A stretch of DNA of 64,000 nucleotides from Sphingomonadales bacterium (GTDB lineage Bacteria; Pseudomonadota; Alphaproteobacteria; Sphingomonadales; Sphingomonadaceae), in NCBI GenBank assembly GCA_038221665.1, contig JBBRIC010000001.1, positions 620-64,619 of the forward strand. Reading direction: 5' to 3'. The notes under the pieces were generated by a model, which made no database searches, was not told the DNA's origin, and saw only the letters and a program-made list of their open reading frames with translations. Position numbers and translations under genes: made by a program. Of the stretch, positions 1-8,991 are shown one piece after another. Positions within the stretch are counted from its first letter, which is position 1. Each line of letters begins with the position of its first letter.

Positions 1-362
1 GCAATAATATCATCCTGTTTCCAGAAGGCACCAACAGCGATGGCACGCATGTATTGCCGTTCAAATCATCGCTGTTTGCGGTTACCGACCGCCTGCCCGA
101 TCTGATCGTCCAACCGTTGACCATCGCCTACACGCGCGTCAATGGCCTGCCGGTGACGCGTGAGCGCCTGCCCGATCTGGCCTGGGTCGGCGATACCGAA
201 CTGATGCCGCACGCCATGGCCTTTATGGCGCTGGGGCGTATCCGCGCCGAAATCGCTTTTCACGCGCCGGTTCGGGCCGGCGATTTTGCCGATCGAAAGC
301 TGCTGGCCCGGCATTGCGAAACCGTCATCAGCGATGGCTATCAGCGCTTGATGCGGGGATGA
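1..362 (+). CDS. Lysophospholipid (1-acylglycerol-3-phosphate-type) acyltransferase family protein, C-terminal part; the 5' end lies outside the window
   Basis: Frame 3 reads [15 protein letters not shown] (FPEGT acyltransferase block) and continues into ORF 54..362. Stop TGA at 360-362. Confidence 0.7.
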   Translation, partial: NNIILFPEGTNSDGTHVLPFKSSLFAVTDRLPDLIVQPLTIAYTRVNGLPVTRERLPDLAWVGDTELMPHAMAFMALGRIRAEIAFHAPVRAGDFADRKLLARHCETVISDGYQRLMRG

Positions 363-390
363 CCGGCGCTGCAATCAAGGCTATGCTGGC

Positions 391-1770
391 GTGCACCTAG
401 ACGGAGTCGCCGCAGCCTTGTCCCTGTTCCACGTCAAATCCTTTGGCTGCCAGATGAATGTCTATGATTCGGAACGGATGGGCGATCTGCTCAGCGCCGA
501 AGGCCATGTGGCAACAGATGATGCCGCCGCCGCCGATATCGTCATCCTCAACACCTGCCATATCCGCGAAAAAGCGGCGGAAAAGCTTTATTCCGACATT
601 GGCCGGCTGCGCAAACCCCGCGCCGATGGCGGCCGCCGCACGATCGTTGCGGCAGGCTGCGTCGCACAGGCCGAAGGCGCCGAGATCGGCCGCCGGGCGC
701 CCGCTGTCGATGTCATCGTCGGGCCGCTGGCCTATCACCGCCTGCCAGCGCTGCTGCGCGAAGCAGCCGCGATCCCCGATGATGCCAGGGGCGCCCGCTG
801 GGGCCGCGCCATCGATACCGACATGCCGCCCAGCCCCAAATTCGACCATCTGCCGGCGCGGCGTCATCAGGGCGCCAGCGCCTTTTTGACGGTGCAGGAA
901 GGTTGCGACAAATTCTGCACCTTTTGCGTCGTGCCCTACACACGCGGGCAGGAGGTATCGCGGCCCTTTGGCGATCTGGTTGCCGAAGCCGAAACCCTGG
1001 TGGCGAATGGTGCAGTTGAAATCACGCTCATCGGCCAGAATGTGAATGCCTATGGGCAGGAGATTGGCGGCGGTGCGACGCTGGCGCGGCTGATCGCCAC
1101 TTTGGCCGACCTGGATGGCCTGAAGCGCATCCGCTATACGACGTCGCATCCGCGCGACATGAGCGATGATCTGATCGCCGCCCATGCCGATGTGCCAAAA
1201 TTAATGCCCTATCTGCATTTGCCGGTGCAATCGGGCAGCAGCCGCATCCTGAAGGCAATGAACCGGGCGCATACGCGCGAATCCTATCTGGCAACGCTTG
1301 ATCGGGTTCGCGCTGCCTGCCCCGACATTGCCTTTTCGGGCGATTTCATCGTCGGCTTTCCCGGTGAAACCGAAGCGGATTTTGCTGCAACGCTCGATAT
1401 TGTCGCTGAGGCGCGATACGCACAGGCCTATAGTTTTAAATATTCGGTGCGGCCCGGAACGCCGGCTGCCCTGCTGCCCGACCAGGTGCCGGAACCGGTG
1501 AAAGAGGAGCGGCTGGCCCGCCTGCAGGCCGCCATCAGCGCCGGCGCTCTGGCCTTCAACCGGGCAAGCGTTGGCCGCATCACCGAAATCCTTTTGGAAC
1601 GGCCGGGCCGCAAGCCGGGGCAATTGATCGGCAAGACGCCTTGGCTGCAATCGGCGATCATCGATGTGCCCGGCGCAAAAATCGGCGATCTGGTCACGGT
1701 TACCATCACCCAGGGCCAACCCAATTCTGTCGAAGCCACCCCCCTCAACCCGGAAAGAGCAGCCGCCTGA
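391..1770 (+). CDS. miaB: tRNA-i6A37 methylthiotransferase MiaB (radical SAM)
   Basis: N-terminal [18 protein letters not shown], radical-SAM [16 protein letters not shown]-terminal TRAM-like region. Start uncertain (GTG 391 or TTG 418). Confidence 0.95.
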   Translation: MHLDGVAAALSLFHVKSFGCQMNVYDSERMGDLLSAEGHVATDDAAAADIVILNTCHIREKAAEKLYSDIGRLRKPRADGGRRTIVAAGCVAQAEGAEIGRRAPAVDVIVGPLAYHRLPALLREAAAIPDDARGARWGRAIDTDMPPSPKFDHLPARRHQGASAFLTVQEGCDKFCTFCVVPYTRGQEVSRPFGDLVAEAETLVANGAVEITLIGQNVNAYGQEIGGGATLARLIATLADLDGLKRIRYTTSHPRDMSDDLIAAHADVPKLMPYLHLPVQSGSSRILKAMNRAHTRESYLATLDRVRAACPDIAFSGDFIVGFPGETEADFAATLDIVAEARYAQAYSFKYSVRPGTPAALLPDQVPEPVKEERLARLQAAISAGALAFNRASVGRITEILLERPGRKPGQLIGKTPWLQSAIIDVPGAKIGDLVTVTITQGQPNSVEATPLNPERAAA

Positions 1771-2804
1771 TGTCAAAAAAGCCCGCACGCACCGCCATCG
1801 CCGGAGGCGACCGCACCCGGTCCCTTGCTGCCAGCGACCGTGTCAGGCTCGAAATCGAATTTGAAAAAGTCTATTTGCTTGGGCCATTGTTCGGCGAATA
1901 TGACCAGAATCTGATCGCCCTCGAAGGCCAGCTTGGCGTTTATATTTCGGCGCGCGGCAACAAGGTGCAGGTCGAAGGCGAAGCCGATGCGGCGGCGCGC
2001 GCCCGCGATGTGCTGACGAGCCTTTACAACCGTCTCGCCCATGGCGAAAAAATCGACGCCGGCGATGTCGTCGGCGCCGTCGCCATCGCCGCAGACCCGT
2101 CGCTCGCCGGGTTGGTCAGTGCGGAAGGCGGCATGGCGCAGACCGCGGTGATTCGCACCCGGCGCAAGACGATCGCGGCCCGTAGCCCAACGCAAGTCCG
2201 CTACATCGAGGCATTGGCGCGCGACAATATCATCTTTGCCCTGGGGCCGGCGGGCACCGGCAAGACCTATCTTGCCGTGGCGCAGGCCGTCAGCCAGTTG
2301 ATCGCCGGCTCGGTCGACCGCTTGATCCTGTCACGCCCGGCGGTCGAGGCCGGTGAACGGCTGGGGTTCCTGCCCGGTGACATGAAGGACAAGGTCGATC
2401 CCTATCTGCGGCCGCTTTACGATGCGCTTTATGACATGCTGCCGGCCGAACAGGTCGAGCGGCGGCTGGCGTCGGGTGAGATCGAGATCGCGCCGCTGGC
2501 CTTCATGCGCGGCCGCACGCTGGCCTCCGCCTTCATCATTCTTGACGAAGCCCAGAACACGACGCCATTGCAGATGAAGATGTTCCTGACGCGCTTTGGC
2601 GAAAAAAGCCGCATGGTCGTTTGCGGTGACCCGAATCAGGTCGATCTGCCCAATCCGGCCGCATCGGGGCTTGCCGATGCGGTGCGCAAGCTCGATGGCA
2701 TCGAAGGCATATCGGTGCTGCGATTCTCGTCCCGCGAAGTTGTCCGCCACCCCCTCGTCGGGCGGATCGTCGATGCCTATGAAGGCCCGCCGCAGGATGG
2801 CTGA
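1770..2804 (+). CDS. phoH: PhoH-like ATPase (YbeZ type)
   Basis: Walker A GPAGTGKTYLAV, plus ILDEAQNTT and VVCGDPNQVDLP motifs. ATG 1770 overlaps the miaB stop (TGATG). The ORF-track start at 1641 is rejected as an upstream extension. Confidence 0.93.
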   Translation: MSKKPARTAIAGGDRTRSLAASDRVRLEIEFEKVYLLGPLFGEYDQNLIALEGQLGVYISARGNKVQVEGEADAAARARDVLTSLYNRLAHGEKIDAGDVVGAVAIAADPSLAGLVSAEGGMAQTAVIRTRRKTIAARSPTQVRYIEALARDNIIFALGPAGTGKTYLAVAQAVSQLIAGSVDRLILSRPAVEAGERLGFLPGDMKDKVDPYLRPLYDALYDMLPAEQVERRLASGEIEIAPLAFMRGRTLASAFIILDEAQNTTPLQMKMFLTRFGEKSRMVVCGDPNQVDLPNPAASGLADAVRKLDGIEGISVLRFSSREVVRHPLVGRIVDAYEGPPQDG

Positions 2805-2906
2805 GAAAAGCCGTCCCAGCCACACCACCCAAGGCGCCCACCTTGATACTTGACCCAAATCACTTCTTTTCATGTGTAGATTTTACGTATTTTTTGAGGA
2901 TGGCAA

Positions 2907-3122
2907 ATGGCAGCTAATATGGTGAGGCTCAGCCTTGACCTTTCGCCCCAGGCCAACACGGCGCTGGAATCGGTGGCTGCAAGCCAGCACACCACAAAAA
3001 GCAACGTGCTCAGGAAAGCGATTGCGCTTGTTCAGGTTGCCGAGGAAGCTCGCCGTGCCAATCGAAAGATCGGGGTGCTCGACAGGAAATCGAATATATT
3101 CTCGGAGATCGTCGGTCTTTGA
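2907..3122 (+). CDS. Small ribbon-helix-helix (CopG/Arc-like) DNA-binding protein, 71 aa
   Basis: VRLSLDLSPQANTALESVAASQHTTKSNVLRKAIAL fits a beta-strand/helix/helix RHH pattern. GAGGA lies 7 nt upstream of the ATG. The segment is visibly more AT-rich than its flanks. Confidence 0.6.
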   Translation: MAANMVRLSLDLSPQANTALESVAASQHTTKSNVLRKAIALVQVAEEARRANRKIGVLDRKSNIFSEIVGL

Positions 3123-3424
3123 CGGAACCGGTGGCGCTGGGGCCCGGGAAGCAGATTAGCCTGCCAGGCGGCAATGGTTTCAAAGTCTCTTCAGTATCCG
3201 AGGCCAACCTCGATGACGCACGTCATCGAGGTTGGCAGCAGGCAGGGATTAGCTTTGCGGCCTTGACGATGTTCGTCATCAGCTTTTTTGTTACCATATG
3301 GGTAGCCTTTTTGGCGGGCAATGCCGACGCCGAATTGCGTAACGCGGCGATCGGCATATTTGTCGCCCTTGCGGGTGCGCTGGGTGGCTTTCTTGGTGGG
3401 CGGGCGACGAAACAGCCATGCTAA
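3119..3424 (+). CDS. Small membrane protein, about 100 aa, with two predicted TM helices; function unknown
   Basis: Hydrophobic stretches [25 protein letters not shown] and [19 protein letters not shown]. The TTG start overlaps the upstream stop (alternative GTG at 3131). Its stop overlaps the ybeY ATG (ATGCTAA). Confidence 0.5.
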   Translation: MTEPVALGPGKQISLPGGNGFKVSSVSEANLDDARHRGWQQAGISFAALTMFVISFFVTIWVAFLAGNADAELRNAAIGIFVALAGALGGFLGGRATKQPC

Positions 3425-3933
3425 CCACCGAAACCGATATCGCCTCGGCTTTGTGGCCGGCGGCAGATTGGCAGGCACTGGCAGCAGTGGCTGTAGCGAC
3501 GGCACTCGCGCAAACGCCACACGGCCATTTTGCAGACATACCGATGGCGTTTGAAACCAGCATTCGCCTGACTGACGATGCCGAGGTCCATGCGCTCAAC
3601 AGCCAATATCGAAACAAGGACAAGCCGACCAATGTGTTGAGCTTTCCGATGTTGCAGCCTGACCAGATGGACAGCCTCGCCGATCATGCTGCCAATGCCG
3701 CTGGTGCCGAAATCCTGCTCGGTGACATCGTGCTCGCCGCCGAGACCTGCGCACGGGAAGCCGCCGAAAAAGGCTGGCCGTTGGTAAACTATGCGCAACA
3801 CCTCATTGTCCATGGCACGCTGCACCTGCTAGGTTATGACCATGAACTTGGCGAACCCCAGGCGGCCGCGATGGAAGCCCTTGAATCCGCAGCCTGCCGC
3901 GCGCTCGGCTTGCCCGACCCCTATGCGGGCTAG
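3418..3933 (+). CDS. ybeY: rRNA maturation endoribonuclease YbeY
   Basis: [15 protein letters not shown] zinc-binding motif and position after phoH. Confidence 0.93.
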   Translation: MLTTETDIASALWPAADWQALAAVAVATALAQTPHGHFADIPMAFETSIRLTDDAEVHALNSQYRNKDKPTNVLSFPMLQPDQMDSLADHAANAAGAEILLGDIVLAAETCAREAAEKGWPLVNYAQHLIVHGTLHLLGYDHELGEPQAAAMEALESAACRALGLPDPYAG

Positions 3934-3941
3934 GCGCTGAC

Positions 3942-4856
3942 ATGCCCGACCCCGACAGTAGCAGCGATTTTGCCTCACGATTATGGCGGTCGCTGCGTCA
4001 GCTGATCACCGGCCAGGACCATGAACTGTCGCTGCGCGAAAGCCTTGAGGAAGCCATCGACGACCATGACGGCGATGGGGCCGGCCGCGATGATCTTTCC
4101 GCGGTCGAACGCGCCATGCTGAAAAACATGCTGCATTTTGGCGAGCAGGAGGCCGGCGACATCGGCGTCCCCCGCGCCGACATGGTGGTCTTTGACGTTG
4201 CCGACGGTTTTCCGGCGTTGGTGGCGCTGTTCAAGGAGGCCGGGCACAGCCGCGTGCCGGTGTTCTGCAACGATCGCGACCATATTATCGGCATGGCGCA
4301 TATCAAGGACATCTACGCCCATATCGCCGACACCTTCGATGACAGTGTCTCGTCAAAGGCGCTCGCCGACCTTCCCATCGAACCCTTGCTGCGGCCGGTG
4401 CTGTTCGTGCCGGCATCGATGCGAATCATCGATCTGCTGGCCCGCATGCGGGCTGGCCGCACCCATATGGCGATCATTGTCGATGAATATGGCGGCACCG
4501 ACGGCCTTGTCACCATCGAAGACCTGGTCGAGGAAATCGTCGGGGATATCGAGGATGAACATGACGAGGCCGAGGATGCCTTGATCCAGGCGATCAACGA
4601 CCGGCTGTGGGAAGCCGATGCGCGGCTGCCACTGGAAGATCTGGAGGAAGAACTCGGCCAAAGTTTTGCCGATGATGAAATCGGCGACGAAGTCGATACG
4701 CTGGGCGGCATGGTATTCATGCTCGCCGGCCGCGTGCCGGCACTTGGCGAAACGGTCGAACACCCGACCGGCTGGCGTTTCGAAGTGATCGACGGCGATC
4801 CGCGCATGGTGAAACGCCTGCGCCTGCACGCGCCGCTGGATCGGGTTGCAGCCTGA
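3942..4856 (+). CDS. corC: CBS-pair plus CorC/HlyC C-terminal domain protein (CorC/YbeX-type, hemolysin-like)
   Basis: Tandem CBS-like regions, [34 protein letters not shown], and conserved position after ybeY. Confidence 0.88.
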   Translation: MPDPDSSSDFASRLWRSLRQLITGQDHELSLRESLEEAIDDHDGDGAGRDDLSAVERAMLKNMLHFGEQEAGDIGVPRADMVVFDVADGFPALVALFKEAGHSRVPVFCNDRDHIIGMAHIKDIYAHIADTFDDSVSSKALADLPIEPLLRPVLFVPASMRIIDLLARMRAGRTHMAIIVDEYGGTDGLVTIEDLVEEIVGDIEDEHDEAEDALIQAINDRLWEADARLPLEDLEEELGQSFADDEIGDEVDTLGGMVFMLAGRVPALGETVEHPTGWRFEVIDGDPRMVKRLRLHAPLDRVAA

Positions 4857-4903
4857 CCAGCCCGTCGCTCAAATAATACCAAAAACCGCTGTGCGTCGCT
4901 CAT

Positions 4904-4991
4904 CGAAAGCGAAAAGAAAGCCTCCGGCAGGCAGGGCCTGAGGCCCTGCAGCCACTTTTGCCGATGGGGTCACATTGTTCGGAAACAGGGG
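4904..4991 (+). repeat. Double-hairpin intergenic repeat, family 2, copy A
   Basis: About 80% identical by eye to 39505-39594. Contains the GCAGGGCC-TGA-GGCCCTGC hairpin (4931-4949) followed by a TTTT run. Directly abuts MITE copy 1. Confidence 0.7.
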
Positions 4992-4992
4992 C

Positions 4993-5183
4993 TAGAGCGT
5001 GATAACATTAGGCAGGATTGCCAGGACGGTGTTGATTTTGGTGCGTGGCAAGGAGCGCGGAAAGCAGCGATGCAGCGCATCGCTGCCGACAAGTGACGCC
5101 GCCATGCGCCAAAAGCAACACCGCCCCGCAGGGGTTGCCCAAAGGGCAATCATGGTGATGCTACCTGATGTTATCACGCTCTA
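4993..5183. mobile_element. MITE copy 1 (191 bp, non-autonomous, TA-flanked, about 25-bp imperfect terminal inverted repeats)
   Basis: Left end TAGAGCGTGATAACATTAGGCAGGAT; reverse complement of the right end TAGAGCGTGATAACATCAGGTAGCAT. Central GCAGCGATGC-AGC-GCATCGCTGC hairpin. Near-identical copies at 41415-41639 and 53890-54080. Confidence 0.85.
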
Positions 5184-5224
5184 AATCAATCGACCGGGTG
5201 CAGGGCCTGTCGGCCCCAAACCGA

Positions 5225-7294
5225 TCAAGGTTTGGACGCCGTTGCCGGCCCATCGAGATAGGGTGTCAGAAATGCCGCCCAGCGCCGCCATCTGTCGCGA
5301 TTGCGAATTGGATCGATGGGATTATGGCCGGAAATCGGATAGGCAAAAAAGCTGACCGGGACACCATTGTCCTTCAACGCGCGGTATAATTTATAGGCCT
5401 GCGGGATCGTGACGCGCCAGTCGCCGACATTGGCGAGGATCAGCGTTGGCGTTTTGGCGCGCCATGCATAGCTGATCGGTGACTGTGCCGCATAGCTGGC
5501 GAGATTGTCGCCGATAAAGGGTGACGGGCCCAATTGTGCGGCGCGGGTACGATTGGAATCCCCGGTCGTATATTGATCGAGCATGTCCGTCACCGGGGCG
5601 CCGGCAATCGCGGCCTGCCACGCATCCGGATAATTGCCGATCAGCCAGCTCGCCATATAGCCGCCATAGGACCAGCCGGTCACGGCAATGCGATTTTCAT
5701 CGACCAGCCCGCGCGCCTTCAATGCAGCGATACCGGCCATGACGTCGCGCCCCGGCCCGGCGCCGGCATCGCGGATGATCGCTTCCTGAAACGCATGGCC
5801 CAGATTGTTGCTGCCGCGATAATTGGGTTCAAAGACCAGCCAGCCCTTCGACGCCAGCGTTTGCGGCACATCCGAAAATGTCTCAAGCGATGCAGCTGTC
5901 GGGCCGCCGTGAATGAGCAGCACCAATGGCAGTTTCCGGCCCGGCACATAGCCGGGCGGATAGGTCAGGATGCCGTTCGCTGCAAAACTGTCGCTTTGCC
6001 AGTTGACGACCTCCTGTCTGCCCAGCGCAACCCCGTTCGTCACTGTCTGCACATCGGTCAATCGTACCGGCGGGGCATCCGGCCGTGTGAGAAGATACAG
6101 TTCTGCCGGGCGGTCGGGGCTCGTCGCTGTGAACACGATGGCGCCCGATTTTCCGACCATGGCGGTCGTCGGATTGAGCGTGCCGAGCGCCAGCCGGGTC
6201 GTGCGCCCATCCTTGCCCGCCAGCCACAGGGCAGCGCGATTGACATCATTGCCCGACAGCAGCAGCCGGCTGCTGTCTGGCATCCAGTCAAGCGGGTTCA
6301 AGGCGCGATCAAGCGCCGGTGCAGCGTCGGTCGGGATCGCTGTGCCCGATAAGGCGGCCAGTTTGACCCGGCTCTGGTTGGCGGCAACGCCATCGCGGGG
6401 CGCTGTGAAGGCGAGCTTGCGGCCGTCGGGCGACAGCTTTGGCTCCCCCTGACGACCGCCGTCCGGGCTGACCAGGCGAACCTTGCCATCCGCCACATCC
6501 ACCAGCGCCAGCCGGGCGCTGTCGGCATCACCGGTCGCCGGCCGGTCAATTTGCGCAAACACGATCGAGCGACCATCGGGCGTCCAGGCGATCTGCGATG
6601 CTGGCCCGTTTGGTGCCAGCGCAATCGGCAGCGACGTTGCTCCGCTGGTGATCTGCCGCCGCGCGCCGTCCGCCAGCGTCAGCGCCCAGATGTGCACCGA
6701 TTGCCCGGCGGCCCGTTCGAGAAAACCATTGTTGCCGACTTCGAAGGCGTCTTCAAAACGCGCCTCGCCGGTTTTTTCCGGCACTTCATCGGCGGCGGCA
6801 AACGCGATGGCGGCACCATCGGGCCGCCAGGCCAATTGGGTCACCGGCGTCTTGCCCCTGGTCAGCAGCCGCGCATCGCCGCCGCCGAGCGACAGCACCC
6901 ATAGCTGGCCAACGCCACCGGCATCATTGGCGATAAAGGCAAGCGAGCGGCCATCCGGCGACCAGCGCGGGTTGACCAGCCCCTGCCGGCCCTGGGTGAG
7001 CGCGCGCTGCGCCTTGCTGGCCACGTCGATCAGCGTCAGTTCGGCATCCCAGCGATTGTCCTTCAGATTGGCGCGGGACATGACGACTGCGACCGCCTTG
7101 CCATCGGGTGCAAGCTGCGGATCCGCCAAGCGCACGATGCCCGGCAGATCATCGGCAGCAAAGCGTTTTGCCTGCGCCACTGCCGGGCCTGCGGTCGTAC
7201 CGGCCAGCACCAGCGCAGCGATGGCGGCAAAGCGCCAATGAAGCCCCAACTGATAATCCCGCAATGTCCCTGCTCCCCTGTGCCCGCATGGCAT
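5225..7294 (-). CDS. Secreted S9 family serine peptidase (prolyl oligopeptidase/acylaminoacyl peptidase type) with an N-terminal beta-propeller
   Basis: Signal-like N-terminus, repeated (W)SPDG propeller motifs, nucleophile elbow GWSYGGYM, C-terminal alpha/beta hydrolase region. Start uncertain. Confidence 0.88.
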   Translation of the reverse strand: MPCGHRGAGTLRDYQLGLHWRFAAIAALVLAGTTAGPAVAQAKRFAADDLPGIVRLADPQLAPDGKAVAVVMSRANLKDNRWDAELTLIDVASKAQRALTQGRQGLVNPRWSPDGRSLAFIANDAGGVGQLWVLSLGGGDARLLTRGKTPVTQLAWRPDGAAIAFAAADEVPEKTGEARFEDAFEVGNNGFLERAAGQSVHIWALTLADGARRQITSGATSLPIALAPNGPASQIAWTPDGRSIVFAQIDRPATGDADSARLALVDVADGKVRLVSPDGGRQGEPKLSPDGRKLAFTAPRDGVAANQSRVKLAALSGTAIPTDAAPALDRALNPLDWMPDSSRLLLSGNDVNRAALWLAGKDGRTTRLALGTLNPTTAMVGKSGAIVFTATSPDRPAELYLLTRPDAPPVRLTDVQTVTNGVALGRQEVVNWQSDSFAANGILTYPPGYVPGRKLPLVLLIHGGPTAASLETFSDVPQTLASKGWLVFEPNYRGSNNLGHAFQEAIIRDAGAGPGRDVMAGIAALKARGLVDENRIAVTGWSYGGYMASWLIGNYPDAWQAAIAGAPVTDMLDQYTTGDSNRTRAAQLGPSPFIGDNLASYAAQSPISYAWRAKTPTLILANVGDWRVTIPQAYKLYRALKDNGVPVSFFAYPISGHNPIDPIRNRDRWRRWAAFLTPYLDGPATASKP

Positions 7295-7379
7295 AAAACA
7301 CCGGGCAATCGCGTCAGGTCAACCGGCATTGCAGCGATGGCATGGCCTTTGCAGCGAATATGCGCTTTGTGACCCTGGC

Positions 7380-8261
7380 ATGGCACAGGATAGCGAAATC
7401 GCGGCGATGGTTGCGGCGGCCGGCCTGCCGCCGGCCTATGCCGATCTGGTGGTGAGCCATTGGCGGCCGCTCGCTACCCGCATTGCCGGCTGGCGAGCGG
7501 CGGCGGGGCGGTCGATTCTGGTTGGGTTCAATGGTGTGCAGGGCAGCGGCAAAACCACGCTCTGCTATTTTCTGGAATTGCTGCTGGGCCGCGACCATGG
7601 CCTCAAAACCGCAACGCTGTCGCTGGATGACCTTTATCTTGGCAGGCAGGCACGCGCCCGATTGGCGGCCGCTGTGCATCCCCTGTTTGCAACGCGCGGC
7701 GTGCCCGGCACCCATGATCTGGCGCTTGGCAACACCCTCATCACCGCGCTGCTGACCGGGGATCGGCCTGTCGCCAGCCCGCGTTTCGACAAGGGCCGCG
7801 ACGAACCGGCGCCTGGACAACTGCTGGTCGCGGCCCCCGTTGATGTGCTGTTGTTCGAAGGCTGGTGCGTCGGCGCCGAGGCCCAGGCTGCAGTCGCTTT
7901 GGCCGTCCCGGTCAATGCCCTGGAGGCAACGGAGGATCCATCCGGCATCTGGCGCGGCCACGTCAACGACGCGTTGGCCGGCGACTATAAGCAGTTTTAC
8001 AGCCGTATCGACCGGCTGGTGACGCTGCTGGCCCCCGATTTCGAGGTAGTGCAGGGCTGGCGCCGGCAACAGGAAGCGCCGTTGCAAGCGCAGGGTCTGG
8101 GCATGGACGCCGCTGCGATCAGCCACTTTATAGCGCATTTCGAGCGCCTGTCCCGGGCGCAGCTTTTGACAATCGCTGCCAAAGCCGATGTCGTCATTCC
8201 GTTGCGCGCCGATCGCAGCGCCGGCGCGATCCTTTGGCAGGATCGCCCGGCGCCGGATTGA
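7380..8261 (+). CDS. P-loop kinase, COG4240 / D-glycerate-3-kinase-like
   Basis: GFNGVQGSGKTTL Walker A, LSLDDLYL and ATRGVPGTHDL motifs typical of this kinase family. ATG 7380 is preferred over 7329. Confidence 0.7.
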   Translation: MAQDSEIAAMVAAAGLPPAYADLVVSHWRPLATRIAGWRAAAGRSILVGFNGVQGSGKTTLCYFLELLLGRDHGLKTATLSLDDLYLGRQARARLAAAVHPLFATRGVPGTHDLALGNTLITALLTGDRPVASPRFDKGRDEPAPGQLLVAAPVDVLLFEGWCVGAEAQAAVALAVPVNALEATEDPSGIWRGHVNDALAGDYKQFYSRIDRLVTLLAPDFEVVQGWRRQQEAPLQAQGLGMDAAAISHFIAHFERLSRAQLLTIAAKADVVIPLRADRSAGAILWQDRPAPD

Positions 8262-8289
8262 CAGCCGCCGGGCGAAGCCCCGCAGCCGG

Positions 8290-8562
8290 TTATTTCAGAT
8301 GGCGCGCGAGATGCTTGTTCATTTCAAACATCGAGCATTTATCGACGCCAAAGACTTTTTTCAGCTTGGCATCGGCAACGATCTGCCGTTTGTCGGTGGC
8401 ATCCTGCAGGTCGTGCTTCTTGATATATTCCCAGACCTTGCTGACGACCTGGCCGCGCGGCAACATGCCGTCCCCGACAATCGCTGCGAGTTCGGGCGAC
8501 GGCGTCAATGGTTTTTGCAAACCGTCCAATTTCTTGCCTTCGGGCTTTGCTGCTTCTGCCAT
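8290..8562 (-). CDS. SWIB/MDM2 domain protein
   Basis: The 90-aa sequence LTPSPELAAIVGDGMLPRGQVVSKVWEYIKKHDLQD...MFEMNKHLARHL matches the SWIB fold signature. Confidence 0.88.
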   Translation of the reverse strand: MAEAAKPEGKKLDGLQKPLTPSPELAAIVGDGMLPRGQVVSKVWEYIKKHDLQDATDKRQIVADAKLKKVFGVDKCSMFEMNKHLARHLK

Positions 8563-8637
8563 AATACTCCCCTTGTTCCGTGCATGAGGCCAGCCAAGGC
8601 GCTAACCCTTCGATGCTGGATAAAGCCTTAGCGCAAC

Positions 8638-8991
8638 TTAGCTGTCACGCAACTGTCTCGATACGTCTTCGACCGAAGTTTCAGGCGTTTCGAGGCTTTC
8701 CATGTCCTGTTGGACGCCCCTGAGGATGCGCGCCGCAAATTCCCGGTGCATCAGCCCGCGTTCATGCCCGGCGGCCCGGTCGGGTTCATAGGCCTCGATA
8801 TCGGCGCGGCTGATACTGCCCCCGGCGTCGAGCAGGCGCTCCACCGTGTCCTGGCGTTCCTTCAACACCGCAACCTCGCCGGCCAGCGCCATGACGATCG
8901 ACAATAGACGATCGATCGCCGGATCGTCGAAATAACGTGGCCGGGCGCCTTTGGGTTTGGCGCCGGCGCGGGCGATCCAGTCGACGGTCAT
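8638..8991 (-). CDS. Hypothetical 117-aa protein, last gene of the TBDR operon
   Basis: Its ATG overlaps the stop of the upstream methyltransferase (ATGA). No family recognised. Confidence 0.55.
   Translation of the reverse strand: MTVDWIARAGAKPKGARPRYFDDPAIDRLLSIVMALAGEVAVLKERQDTVERLLDAGGSISRADIEAYEPDRAAGHERGLMHREFAARILRGVQQDMESLETPETSVEDVSRQLRDS

Noticed and set aside
4992-5184. Paired 61-67 aa ORFs on both strands of each MITE copy (also 41414-41633 and 53889-54081), with similar peptide sequences.
   Set aside because: The similarity between strands comes from the element being an imperfect palindrome. The ORFs run exactly TIR to TIR, lack ribosome-binding sites, and copy 2 changes frame and content through its 34-bp expansion. 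They are not treated as genes.
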